64,000 nucleotides of DNA from Pavona decussata. Taxonomy: Eukaryota. How positions within the stretch are numbered: position 1 is the first letter of the stretch; every line of letters starts with the position of its first letter. Positions 1 to 13,700 of this stretch are shown here, in pieces. Location: NCBI GenBank assembly GCA_977016875.1, contig CDRNST010000034.1, positions 62,001 through 126,000 on the forward strand, in the 5' to 3' direction. The notes under the pieces are model-generated. The model did no database searches and was not told the origin of the DNA. It saw only the letters and a program-made list of their open reading frames with translations. A program made the position numbers and the translations under genes.

Positions 1-128
1 ACTCCATCAAAAATCTAATCTTATTCTGTATAATATTAACCGACAATAACTAACATTAATATTAATAACTGTATTATTATTATTATTAAATGTGAATTAG
101 GGAGAAACGAAGACTCGGAAAAAAATCC

Positions 129-205
129 GAGTCCCAGATGGGATTTGAACCCACTACCCTCCGTGATCTAGTCGGATGCTCTAACCACTGAGCTACTGGA
201 GACTC
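129..205 (-). pseudogene. tRNA-derived repeat head (SINE-like), not a bona fide tRNA
   Basis: Minus strand has A box TAGCTCAGTGG and B box GGTTCAAATCC, an imperfect anticodon/acceptor stem and a downstream T run; embedded in a larger repeat (85-520). Confidence 0.6.
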
Positions 206-406
206 TATGGTGAGCAGGGGATCAAATTGTGGGTATCGACTGGAACCGCATCGCGCGGCTACACAGTCACGTACTGACTCATATGAACTCACTAACAGCA
301 TCGCGCTGTCACATTAAGGCATCTAGCACATATGAACTCACTAACAGCATCACGCTGTCACATTAAGGCATATCGAGATGCGTCCAACCAACCTCCCAAG
401 TGAGTG

Positions 407-520
407 TACTTAAAGGAGAAACAACAGCAACAACAGGATATTAAATGTGAATTAGGGAGTCTTCGTTTCTCCCTAATTCACATTTAGTATCCTGTTGTTG
501 TTGTTGTTTCTCCGTTAAGT
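407..520. repeat. ~50-bp inverted repeat (hairpin) whose inner arm also repeats 85-116
   Basis: tacttaaaggagaaacaacagcaacaacaggatattaaatgtgaattaggga ... tccctaattcacatttagtatcctgttgttgttgttgtttctccgttaagta. Confidence 0.75.
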
Positions 521-599
521 ATATTAATATTAATATTATTATTATTATTATCTATGTTTTTGTTATCTGTTAATAAAAAGAAAAAAAGAAAGGATGTCT

Positions 600-3500
600 A
601 ACGTCAAACAGGCAAAAACGAACTGAACAAAGTAACGAAGAACAGTGACGAAAGAGAGTAAGGACAAAGGCCGAGTGGGAACGAGAGAAAAGCAAGAAAC
701 AGAGAACATACAGTAAGGACAAAGCGAGAACAGAAAGAAGGGCAAGAATCAGAAAGTAGACAGAAAGGGACAAGCGAGAACAGACAGACAGGCAAGAATC
801 AGAGGGCAGACAGAAAAGGGACAAGCGAGAACAGACAGAAAGGCAAGAATCAGAGGGCAGACAGAAAAGGGACAAAAGAGAACAGACAGAAAGGCAAGAA
901 TCAGAGAGCAGACAGAAAAGGGACAAGCGAGAACAGACAGAAAGGCAAGAATCAGAGAGCAGACAGAAAAGGGACAAGCGAGAACAGACAGAAAGGCAAG
1001 AATCAGAGGGCAGACAGAAAAGGGACAAGCGAGAACAGACAGAAAGGCAAGAATCAGAGAGCAGACAGAAAAGGGACAAGCGAGAACAGACAGAAAGGCA
1101 AGAATCAGAGGGCAGACAGAAAAGGGACAAAAGAGAACAGACAGAAAGGCAAGAATCAGAGAGCAGACAGAAAAGGGACAAGCGAGAACAGACAGAAAGG
1201 CAATAATCAGAGGGCAGACAGAAAAGGGACAAGCGAGAACAGACATACAGGCAAGAATCAGAGGGCAGACAGAAAAGGGACAAGCGAGCACAGACAAAAA
1301 GGCAAGAATCAGAGAGCAGACAGAAAGAGCAGAGTTAGGAAAGAAAGCAAGGGCTGACAGTAAGGACTGAGTCAGAGTAGACAGTAAAGACAGTGAGAAC
1401 AGACAGTAATGAAATAGAGTGTGGATAAACAGTAGGGAAAGACAGCGAGGACAGACAAAAAGGATAGAGTGAGGACAGACAGTAAGGACAGAGAGTGAGG
1501 ACATATAATAATGACTGGGTGAGAGCAGACAATACGAAAAGAGTACGAACAGAGAGTAAGGACAATAAAGACAAAGTGAGAATATGCGGAAAGAAAGGAC
1601 AAAATGAGAATAAACAGTAAAGACAGAGTGAGGACAGACATTAAGGACAGAGTGAGGATAGACAGTAAAAACATTGAGTGAGAACAGACAATAAGGACAG
1701 AGTGAGAACAGAAGTTAAGGACAGAATGCCAACAGACAGTAAGAACACAGTGAGACAAACAATAAGGACAGTGAGAAAAGAAATTAAGGACATATACAGT
1801 AAGGAAAAGAGCAAGGATAGGAAGTAAGGAAAGAATGAGGCCAGACAAAAAACCTTAGGCAGTAAGGAAAGGGTAATGACCGGCAGTAAGGACATAGTGA
1901 AACCAGACAGTAAGGACAAAATCAGGGTTAAACAGTGAAGATAGACAGGACAGAAAGTAAAGACACAGTGAGGAAAGAGAGTTATTACAAAACAAGAGCA
2001 GGCAGTAAAGACAACCCGAGCGCAGACAGTAAAGAAGGAGTGTGGGCATCCAGAAAGGACAAGAGAGAGGACAGTGTAAAGAAGGAATGAGGGCAGACAG
2101 AATAGACGAGAGAGAGGACAGACAGTAAACGAAAGAGTGAGGGCAGACAGAATAGACGAGATAGAGGACAGACAGGAGTGAGGGCTTGCGAGGGCATCCA
2201 GTAAAGACAAGAGAGAGGACAGACAGTAAAGAAGGAGCGAGGGCAGACAGAATAGACGAGAGAGAGGACAGACAGTAAAGAGGAAGCAAGGGCAGCCAGT
2301 AAAGACAAGAGAGAGGACAGAAAGTAAAGAGGGCTTGCCAGGGAAGCCAGCTAAGAAAGAGAAAGAGGGCAGAGAGTAAAGAAAAGAGCGAGGACAGACA
2401 GAACAGACGGGAGGGAGGACAGACAGTAAAGAAGGAGTGAGGAAAGACAGAATAGACGAGAGAGAGGACAGAAAGGAATGAGGGCTTGCTAGGGCAACTA
2501 GTAAAGACAAGAGAGAGGACACAGTGTAAAGAAGGAATGAGGGCAGGTAGAATACACGAGAGAGAGAACAGACAGTAAAGAGGGAGTGAGGGCAGACAGA
2601 ATAGACGAGAGAGAGGATAGAAAGTAAAAAGGGAGTGAGGACAGAGAGACCAGACGAAAAAAAGGACAGAGAGGAGTGAGGGCTTGCAAGGCAGTAAAGA
2701 AAAGAGAGAGGACAGACAGTAAAGAAGGTGTGAGGACAGACAGTAAAAAAGGAATGAGGACAGATAGTAAAGAAGAAATGAGGACAGATAGTAAAGGACG
2801 AATGAGAATAGACAGTAAAGAAGGAGTGAGGACAGACAGTAACGAAGGAGTGAGGACAAACAGTAAAGAAGGAGTGATGACAGACACTAAGGAAGAAGTG
2901 AGGACAGACAGTAAAAAAGAAGTGAGAACAGACAGTGAGGAAGGAGTGAGAACAGACAGTAAAACCGGAATGAGGACAAACAGAAAAGAAAGAGTGAGGA
3001 CAGACAGTAAAGAAGGAGTGAGGACAGACGGTAAGGAAGGAGTGAGGACAGAAAGTAAGGAAGAAGTGAGGACAGAAAGTAAAGAAAGAGTGAGGACAGA
3101 CAGTAAGGAAGGAGTGAGGACAGACAGTAAGGAAGGAGGGAGAACAGACAGTAAGGAAGGAGTGAGGACAGACAGTATGAAGGAGTGAGGACAGAAAGTA
3201 AAGAAAGAGTGAGGACAGACAGTAAGGAAAGAATGAGGACAGACGGTAAGGAAGGAGTGAGGACAGACAGTAAGGAAGGAGTGAGGACAGACAGTAAGGA
3301 AGGAGTGAAGACAGAAAGTAAAGAAAGAGTGAGGACAGACAGTAAGGAAGGAGTGAGAACAGACAGTAAAAACGGAATGAGGATAGAGAGTGTAGAAGGA
3401 GTGAGGAGAGACTGTAAAGAAGGAGTGAGGACAGACAGCAAGGAATGAGTAAGGACAGACAGTAAGGAAGGAGTGAGAACAGATAGTAAAAACGGAATGA

Positions 3501-6500
3501 GGACAGTGAAGAAAGAGTGAGGACAGACAGTAAAGAAGGAGTGAGGACAGACAGTAAAGAAAGCGTGAAGACAGACAATAAGGAAGGGGTGAGGACAGAC
3601 AGTAAGGAATGAGTGAGGACAGACAGTAAGGTAGGGGTGAGGACAGACAGTAAGGAAGGAGTGAGAACAAACAGTAAAAACGGAATGAGGACAGAATATA
3701 AAACAAGGAACGAGGATAGACAGTAAAGAAGAAGTGAAGACAGACAGTAAAGAAGAAATTAGGACAGATAGTAAAGAAGGAGTGAGGACAGACAATAAAG
3801 AAGGACTGAGCGCAGACAGTAAAAAAGGAATGAGTATAGACAGTAAAGAAGTAATGAGGACAGACAGTAAAGTGAGCACAGACAGTAAAAAAGGAATGAG
3901 GATAGACAGTAATGAAGGAATGAGGAGAGACCGTAAAGAAGGACTAAGGGTAGACAGTAAAGAAGGAATGAGGACAGACAGTAAAAAAGGAAAGAGGACA
4001 GACAGTAAGGAAGGAGTGATGACAGACAGTTAAGAAGGAGTGAGTACAAACAGTAAAGAATTAGTGATGGCAGGCATTAAGGAAGGAGTTAGGACAGACA
4101 GTAAGGAAGGAGTGAGGATAGACAGTAAGGAAGGAGTCAGGACAGACAGTAAGGAAGGAATGAGGACAGACAGTAAATAAGGAGTGGGGCAGGCAATAAG
4201 GAAGGAGTGAGGACAGACAGTTAAGAAGGAGTGAGTACAAACAGTAAAGAATCAGTGAGGGCAGGCAGTAAGGAAGGAGTTAGGACAGACAGTAAGGAAG
4301 GAGTGAGGATAGACAGTAAATAAGGAGTGGGGGCAGGCAGTAAGACAAGAGTGAGGAGGGTAGACAGAAAAGACGAGAGAGAGGAGAGACAGTAAGAAGA
4401 GAGTGAGGTCAGAGAGAAAAAGGGAGGGCAGACACTAAAGAAGGAGTGGGGGCAGACAGTAAAGACGAGACAGAGAACACAGACAGTAAAGACACAGTGA
4501 GGGCAGACAACAGACGAGAGAGAGGACATACAGTAAAGGAGTAGTGAGTGGAAACAGTAAGGAAGGAGTGGGGCAGACAGAAAGAGGGAATGAGGACAGA
4601 CAGTATAGACAGAGTAAGCGGGAGAAAGTAAACACAGGATGACAACAGATAGTGACAGAAAGGTGAAGACAGTAAAGAGACAGTGCAAAAAGACAGTATT
4701 AGGGCAGCGTGGAGAGACTTTAAAGACAGGGTGAGGAAAGAGAGTAAGGATAGAGTAAGAAGAGGACAGACAGTAAGGACAGAGCAAGGACAGATAAAAG
4801 GACAGAGTGAGCACAGACAGTAACGACAGATTGAGGACAGACAGTAAGGACAGCGTGGGGACAGACAATGAGGACAGAGTGAGGACAGACACTTGGGACA
4901 GATTGAGTGTAAACTGTAAGGACAGAGTTAGAACAGAGAGTAAGGACCGAATGAGAACAGATTGTAAGGACAGTCATGAGGATAGATAAAAAGGACAGGG
5001 TAAGAACAGAGTGAGTATTAACAGTGAGGAAAAGGTGAGGGGAGAGAGAAAGGACAGAGTGAGGACAGACAGTTAGGACAGTCAGTGAGAACAGACAGTA
5101 AATACAGAGTGATGAAAAACATTTAGGAAAGAGTGAGAACAGGTAGTAAAGGCAGACTGAAGGCAGACGGTAACGGCAGAGTGAGGACAAACAGTAAGGA
5201 GAGATATTAAGGACAGAATGGGAAAATACAGCAAGGCCAGAGTCAGTGAAGACAGTAAGAGCCGAGTGAGGACACACAGTAAAGACAGATTGACGCGTGA
5301 CAGAAAAGACAGAGTCAGGACAGACAGTAAAAGAGAGAGTGAGAGCGGACAGTAAAGGCGGAGTGAGAAAAGACAGAAAAGAGAGAGTGAGTAGAGGCGG
5401 TAAAGACAGTGTGATCACAGACAGTAAGGACAGACTACTAGTGAGGCCAGACAGTAAGGACCGAGTTAGAACAGACAGCAAGGACAGAGAATTTAGGATA
5501 GACAAAGAGACAAAGTGAGGAAAGCCAGTAAGGACAGAGTCAGGGCCGACTAAGAGGACAGACAGTAAGGAAAAATTAAGGGAAGACCGTAAAGATAGAG
5601 TGTGTGTAGACATTGAAAACAGAGCGAGGACAGAAAGAAAGGAGAGAGCGACGGACTGTTAGGACACCGTAAGGGCAGACCAAAAAGACAGAGTGAGGCC
5701 AGGCAGTAAAGACTGAGTGAGGACAGAAAACAAGGTCAGAGTCACGGCCGACATAGGACAGAGGACAGGGTGAGGCGAGGAAGTAAGGACAGAGGGAGAA
5801 CAGACAGTATTGACAGAGTAAGGGCAGACATTAAACACAGTGAGGACAACAGACAGATAGGACAGAGTGAGGACAGACAGTAAGAACTGAGTAGGCAGAC
5901 AATGAGGGCAGAGTGAGGACAGACACTTAGGACAGATTGAGTGTAAACTGTAAAGACAGAGTTAGAACAGGGAGTAAGGACCGAATGAGAACAGATTGTA
6001 AGGACAGTCATGAGGATAGATAAAAAGGACAGGGTAAGAACAGAGTGAGAATTAACAGTAAGGAAAAGGTGAGGAGAGAAAGAAAAGACAGAGTGAGGAC
6101 AGACAGTAAGAATAGAGTGAGGACAGATAAAAGGACGGAGTGAGGGCAGACAGTAAGGGCAGAGTGAGGAGAGACAATAACGACAGTCAGTGAGCACAGA
6201 CAGTAAGGACAGAGTAAGGAAACAAAAATGATAGAGTGAGGACAGGCAGTAAGGACAAACTGAGCACAGACAGTAAGGACAGACTGATGACAGACAGTAA
6301 GGACAGTCAGCAAGGACAGATAACAACGATAGAGTGTGGACAGACAGTAAGAGTAGAGTGGGCAGACAACGAGGACAGAGTGAGGACAAACAGAAATTCA
6401 GAGTGAAGAGAGGCCGAGAGGACAGTGTGGGGGGAGACAGTAACGTCAGTGAGGACAGAGTGAAGTCCGACAGACAGTAAGGACCGTCAGTTAGGACAGA

Positions 6501-6730
6501 CAGTATGAAAAGAGTGAGGGCAATTTGTAGGGACAGACAAGGAAAGATGGTAAAAAGAGAGTAAAAAAGGCAAACAGAGCAAAAAACAACAGATTGAGAT
6601 CAGGCAGTAAGAGCAGAGTGGACGGACAACGAGGACAGAGTGAGTACAGACAGTAAGGAGAGAGTGAGGGTAGACAGTAAGGACAGAGTAAGGGTAGATA
6701 CAGGGAAAGGATGAAGACACGCAGTAACAG
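600..6730. repeat. 6-kb purine-rich compound minisatellite in an intron
   Basis: 51-bp unit at ~770-1325 (starts at 820, 871, 922...) and degenerate 24-bp units (gaggacagacagtaaggaaggagt / ...gacagagt) over ~1350-6700. Confidence 0.9.
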
Positions 6731-6842
6731 TTTCAACACTAAAGTTTGTTGAGCAGTGGAGGCAGTAAGCGCAGTGGAAGGGCAGGCATTTGAGGCAGTA
6801 AGAACAGCAGAAATGATAGCTAGTGGTAAAAGATTACATCAC

Positions 6843-9800
6843 CTCTTGATTGAGAACTATGTTACAGACAAAGTAAACCACGCCCTGGAAAAGAATTAGA
6901 TCAAAAATTTAGTCAAAGATCTGCAAATTACATATATGAGGCTAGGTTTTAAGCCGTAAATTAACGAAAGACTTCCGAAACAAGAGCCGTGAATACCCTA
7001 AGTGGCTTTTGTTGTTAAAGTGTTATAATAAAAGAAAGATGTAAATGATGAATTCTTTGTGGTAAAGAAAATACGAGCAAATAAACTGTATGTACTGGAT
7101 TAGGGTACAGAGAGTTTCTTGGTTAAGAGTTGCTATCATTATCACCTGAGAACAGCTAAGAAGAACAAAAGCGTATGACATCACTGGTGAATCAGAGTTC
7201 AACTGAAAGAATCCTAACAACCACGTGACTGCAAGCAATGGTAACAGTATGAGGCATCCCTTTAGAGACATTCTGTGGATACAGTAAAATAACATATTAT
7301 CAGTTTAATATTGCTAAATGCGGCAAAGGGCGCACAAGGCAGATTCAGTAGGAAAGACGACAGAAAAGAAAACATCTTGACTTTAAGGGCGAGACTTTTT
7401 CAGCAAGATTTCAAATCGCCTGAGTAAAGTACTCAGGTGACATTTGCTTTGATCTCACGGCAATTTGTTTTACTGTAATGAGAGCAAAACACCTTTGTTG
7501 TCAGCAAAAAGGCTACCTTCAAGGACCCCCAGGGGAACGATTGCGTGTTCTTGCTCGCGTCACAATTTTCCAGGGAGAGGGGTAGGGGTTCTTTCTGATA
7601 GAAGCTTTATCAGTCTGTACTGACGCTTTTCAACCTTTTTGGTCAGAAAGCAGACACATTTTTTTCATCTATTTTGGTCTGAAAATCTGGAAACAAGTAG
7701 AGTTTTTAGCAGTCAGTTCTGAACGCGGGTCTGGAAATTACACAGGTCAGTCAGCAAACCCCTACAAAAATTTGAAACGTACTTTTTTCCTTGGCGCAAC
7801 TGCTTCGATTTGCCCTAATCGCAACAAAATTGCAATCAAACGCCAATAAATCGTTGAAAAATGTTAGTTAGCACAAACAGGCAACTTTAAATCACACTTA
7901 AAATCACCCGAAAGACTGGGAACGGGCCAGTACGACTTTGTAATACAGTTTTTAGTGTTAAGTGCTTCCTGGAGTTAGCATGCCTCAATCTCGTTTCCAT
8001 AAAGTGGCCATGTAGAACTGAATTCCGCTTAAAACATGGAATGGTTTTATTAATTTTAAGTAATTTCAGGGATGGCGCAAGAACAGTGTCAATAATAGTC
8101 CCGATTACCTGACATTGTAAATAAATGTCTTATCATTGGCTTGTTTCTGGCGTCTCTCTGCTGTGGGAGATATCAGGACACCAATCACCATTCCTAGGAT
8201 GACCACATTCGTCTGAAAACCAACATCAAATCACCATTTGTGAGTTAGACAGGAAACACAACTAAGATATCTCAAATATTCCACCAATCTCAGTAGCGGG
8301 TCCAGACCTTCAGGAAAGTATCTTAACAACGGCTAAGCCTGAAGCGTCGTGGACGAAACTTTGTAGATGTCTTAATAAAGGATAGAAACATAACCACCAA
8401 CCACTCACCAAAATAACCACAACAACTGGTGGAAGGAAGAGGGAAAACAGCACAATTTCTGTCATCCAGCATCTACAAGAAAGGCATTAGCTGATTAGAC
8501 AAATTGCTTTAACACACTATGCTTGACGTTTCCTGAATATAAACCACTAAAACTTGAGTACTGATAGCTGATAAAACTGAAAGCAAAGCAGAAACGCAAA
8601 CTCCTGTTAAGGCCGATTTAGATGATACGACTTTGTAGTATGCGACAAGCTGACGACAAGTCTGCGATATGAATTGTTTTGTGAACTACACCTACAACTT
8701 ATCGCACACGATACCTAACCTGCATTTGTAATTTGAAACATGTTTTACAATCCTACGACAAACGTAGCCGAGCTTAGGCAGTGTTGAATGACGAGGGTTG
8801 TATCCGAGTTTTTACATTACGTGAGCACTACAGAAGTCTAAATCGACCTTAAAACTTCTCAACGAGTGTTACATTAAAATTATCATACAACTATAACTAA
8901 GGTAAAGGCAAAAGAAGTCAGACCATAATGGTAATATATACTTAGATGACAAAGAAAAAGTAAATGAAGAAAATCATCGGAAAAAAAGTAAAAACGTTTA
9001 ACAGTACTCACATGTTTCCTGTTCCATAATTATCCCAGAAAATAGCCATGGAAAGTGCAGTCATACCAGCTGGTAAACCTGAAAAGAATAAACGATGAAA
9101 AAAAGGTTCATTGCCCACCCTTAATGTGCGACATACCAACCGTAACTGATAGAATATTGTTTGTTGATGACTTGATTGTCTGTGTGAAGTTCTACTCAAT
9201 AGCGATAGTAATAACGATATTAATAAAAAGGCTTTATGTGAACTGAAGCATTAACCAGCTCATTTAAGGTCAGGGAATGTTTTCCCTGGTGGTTTACAAC
9301 TGTAACAGTTACTGTGGGTCTTGTTAGTAAGCTAAGGCTATGACACCACAACAACAAGAAATAAAATAGGCTCACCATATCCTAAAATGTAGTATCTCTT
9401 AAGTAAACTCCTTTTTTGTGTACAGAACACTTCAACAAGAGCCAGATACAAATGCCACCCTTCTACTAGCATCCAGGAAAACATGGCAGTCAGGAAGAAA
9501 TGTAGCGCGATGCCCACAGCTTTGCATAACCACTAAGGAGATAAGCACAGAAAAGACAATTAAGCGAGCATCAAATATGTTGTTGGGAAAACAAACCATT
9601 CTGAAGTTACCAAGTCGTCAGATCGACCTATGTCGTCTACATCTACACAATTATTGGGCTCGATTGTCCATAGCCGTCTCGCTGTCTCAAGACGACACCA
9701 GTTACTTTCCTGGTCTTCCCAGTTTCCTTTGTTAATCTAGTATAGTGAGACTAAGCCATATTGTATTGAACGGCGCACTTGAATGAAGCGTCGAGTGTGT

Positions 9801-10727
9801 ACACGTCCGGGAAGCTTGGCTGAACTTTGTTTAATGACTTCAGTAATCTGTCTTCTCTCACGATATACACATTGAATTAAGATATACTCGCCGATATCCG
9901 ACACGAATATTGAATACTTTTGTACAAGGCGGCAAGCCAACTTCATGGACAGAGTACCTTGCAAACGTGATATGCTTATGTTTAAAAATAACAGTGAATA
10001 TAAAGACCTTGTTTCAAAGTAATGAAATCAAAATAAAACAAAATTTCCTGTGGATAAATAATTCTTCCATTTTACCTTGTTAGAAGCCTGATTCACTCCG
10101 AACAGGAAAACAAGTTCAACTACACCCATGTTAAAGGCCAGATTTTTGTGTACGTGAATGTGATCTCCCTTGAGGCTGAAATACACAATACAGCAGCAAT
10201 TATGTTTTTTTTTATATATAAGAATTAGCCATGCTATGTGTTCGGCTATTGGTGCAGGAGATATCGGAAACGAGGACACAAAGTTTTGTGAATCTGATCC
10301 AGATATCTGTATCGAAAGTTAAGCTGGAGTACTTAATTAATGATTAGACACGATTATCGTTGGTTTAGAATTGCTGTTTTCATTACTTTTAACTACGGAA
10401 GCTGTTTATTTATTTTTTTCAAATGTCACAGAGAAACAGTCAAAATTCTTCTATTACGTGAACTAACGCATAACCTATTTGAGCCTTCAGCAATTCGGTT
10501 TTCACCGTTAACCGTTAAGGGTAAGAAAAGGAGTTGAACCAAACCCAGCATTCACCTTCCAACTCAGTATAAACAACTTAATTTGCGTCGTTACTATAGA
10601 GACCTCATGCTACTTACTGTAAGACGCTGAAGATTAATATGGCAAGAAAACAGCAGGTGGCCGACAACCCACCTCCCACGTAGGACATAATTATCAATGT
10701 TCTGTCATGAACTTGAGCTATGGTATC
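6843..10727 (-). CDS. 7TM-coding exons of the adhesion GPCR
   Basis: Exons 10727-10618 (TM1 [19 protein letters not shown]), 10175-10076 (IHVHKNLAF), 9532-9376 (TM3), 9078-9012 (TM4), 8472-8409 (CWMTE), 8212-8109, 7272-7146 (TM6/7), 6884-6843 ([14 protein letters not shown]); phases match at every junction. Confidence 0.9.
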
Positions 10728-13700
10728 CTGTTACGAAAAAATATTTAAAACGTCTTATTCAGCTTATTTAAACAATCACTGTCGTTTCGTAAGCAACAAA
10801 ATGTAAACAGTAATTGCTCTTTTTAATCTGTTATCACAAAATTATAGTCATTAGAAGAACGTTTAGGTGCCATTGTAGAGTAAAAAGATGATGATGACAA
10901 TGATGGTGGTAATAATGATGACGAAAACGCAGACTGACTAAAAGTCCTCCCTCGTGACCTTTAACGCTGTATATTGCTTACTTCCTGACTAGTTTCGTAG
11001 ATCAGCTTCCTTTTCGTTCACAGACGTGATTCGTTTCCACCAGACAACTGTTTCTCCATACTCTTAGAAGTACATTAGCATTTTAGCTAAGGTTTTCGTT
11101 CTTGTACAACCGAGAAATGACGAAAGTGGAACTTCACCTAATGAACAAATACAACAACGAACATAACGAGGTGAGGTCAGCGGACTCGCGTCTGGTGGGC
11201 GAATAACGGGAAATCTAAAACCCGCCGGCAAGAACAGCTTTTCAGTTAGTTTAATGGTACGCTGACAGTTGCTACTTCCAAACTATATCATTTATGGCGT
11301 GTTGTAATCTTCTGATAGCTTGCAAATTGGATACAGAACTTGTTGGATAGACACTGACATACAGTCAATTAGTTTTTTTTTATTTTGCCAATTAAACAGT
11401 ATTTGTAATACCGTGGATAATCGTTTTATGCTGAAATAGTTGAAAGTAATCCTTAACGTCTTCACTAAAGTACATCCAATCCAGTATGCACAGTAAACTA
11501 TGAAATTTATTTCTGAAGGGAAATACGACAATTAATTTTTTAAGACAACGTCAATACCCAATGCGGTTGTCATCGAAGTAGCAGCACCTAATAGAGTACA
11601 ATTGCAGTAAATTACCTCAGCCTCAATAAATGTGAGATTTGGCTTCTTACCGGAGAGCCATATAAGTCGAATAACAGAGCAAAGTTTGTGAGGTGAGAGC
11701 AGTGGCACACAGTGTGAGTCTTGTTGGTGTAATACATGTAACATCCATTGCCAAGCCATCGATCATCCGGACTGCTGTAAGGGAACATGTAACAACAGTT
11801 ATACGCGTCACCAATTCGTATGAATACCGTCAGTACTCAAGAAAAGATTCCTTTTGATTGCAAATAAGCAAATATTACTATAGGAAATGCATCTGATAAA
11901 AAATACAATTCAACTCTCCCCTTGAATGGGGACAGATCTTGAAGACGCAAGTGTTAAGAGGTTGAGTCGACATAAATGTTATCCTTTTAAGAACAATTTA
12001 TTGGTTCTATTCGTAATATGTTTTTCTTACTAGTATACATATTTGAAGTTTGAAAGAATTTATCTCCTTATCGGTGCCTTATTCAGTACAATGTCTGTAT
12101 GGTAAAAATGAATTTTTATTCTTTGGGAACCAGTTATCCCTGTTGTTTGTAATACGTTGTCTGTATTTATTTAATCGTATCAAGAAATGATCCATTATAC
12201 CGGATCAAATTCGTCACCTCTCTTGTAAACAAAAGTCTTGTGTTGTTTATATGAAGTTTAAACGAATTTTGTTTCTTTTGGAAGCAAGTTATCTGAACGG
12301 CTGTTAATAACGAACTTTGTCTCTTAGATCTAAGTGATTTGAACTATCTGTAATAGGAAAGTGTCCGTAAGGAGAAGTGTCACATGAGACAAAACAGATC
12401 TACAATACACTATTGACTGACTGAAGGCGTTGCACTTACTTTGAATCCATGTTAAGGTAACCGCAGATAACAGGTGTGGTGTTGTTAGGGTCCTAAAACG
12501 TGGAAGGGGCATTCACATTAACAAGACATTACGTTATCTACCGGCGGAAAAATATGCTAGCTGATGGCTATAAGTATGTTTATAGCGCTTATTTGATTAG
12601 ATTTCTATCCGAATGCAAGAATGTTTCTGTAAGTTCGATGGACTGGTAAGTGACCTACACCTTATATTTCAGTTTTGTACTCACATGAAAAAGTCATACA
12701 TTCACAACCTCCAGTTACTACGCATTGTCACTGAACAATTTAAGGGGACTTGTGCAGATAGATCCTTGTTTTTAATTAATTGTTTTTTTTTTCTTTTAAT
12801 GAAAATCTTATCTGACACTGTTTTTTATTACACTTATTGTTGTTTGAAAATAGTGCAATACATTCCGTCGTACATTTTAGAAATATGATTGTATTGTTAT
12901 ACATGAATTTAAATCTGATTATATGCTTCAAATGATTATTTTCAAATGATTATTTTATTACGTTAAATCAAATTAAATTGTAATTCAGTATTCCAGTGAC
13001 AAAGGCGACCTTAAAACAAACGTAGTTAATGAATACAGTTGTTTCGTCTTGCGGGTATGATGAAGATCCAAGAGGTCTGATTTATTTCAAGTCTCTTACC
13101 AAGTGTTCAAAGGCAAGCACTATTGGGTCTGGCAATGACTGATAAAACCCTGCTTCTCCTGTGACTATTTTGCCGGATATAATAATGGCGTTAAGTTGGG
13201 ATTTGTTGTAAGGTTCCAGTGCTCCCATTTCTTCCAGGGATCTGAAAAAAAAAATTGGTTTTGTTCAATCTTTGGGAATTACAAATCGAAACAACGGAAG
13301 CCAGATGTAAACAACAGCACTGTAAAATTTGCACCAGCAAAGTGTGGGTGGATAGCAAAAACCTTCCGGAGTATAGTATTAACGGAATCACTACAATTGA
13401 CGGTTATATCCTCTTAGGTTGTTTGGCTTATACTAATTTATATTAGTAAACAAACAAAACATTTTCCGTTTTACTATAGTGTAAGGATAAATCTGTTCTA
13501 TTACAGATGTTGTAATCTGATTGGCTCGACTCGCGCAGTTTAAACTCCAAACTAACAATTTAAAATAATTAAAACGTTTCATTTTAGAGCGGTTTCTAAT
13601 TCAGTGTCGTAAAACCAAAACCAAGTAATTATTCTGGCCAATTTCAACATACGCAGACAGGCTAATTTTAATTAAAATGAGCCAATCAAAATTTAAAACA

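Noticed and set aside
129-205. Functional tRNA gene
   Set aside because: Imperfect anticodon and acceptor stems, and it is embedded in a repeat-like context; treated as a SINE-type head.
563-6739. Long ORFs (up to 645 aa; LSVLT/CPHS/RTDSKEGV repeats) on both strands
   Set aside because: By-products of a low-complexity satellite with unit lengths divisible by 3; open in several frames at once, with no splice or domain support.
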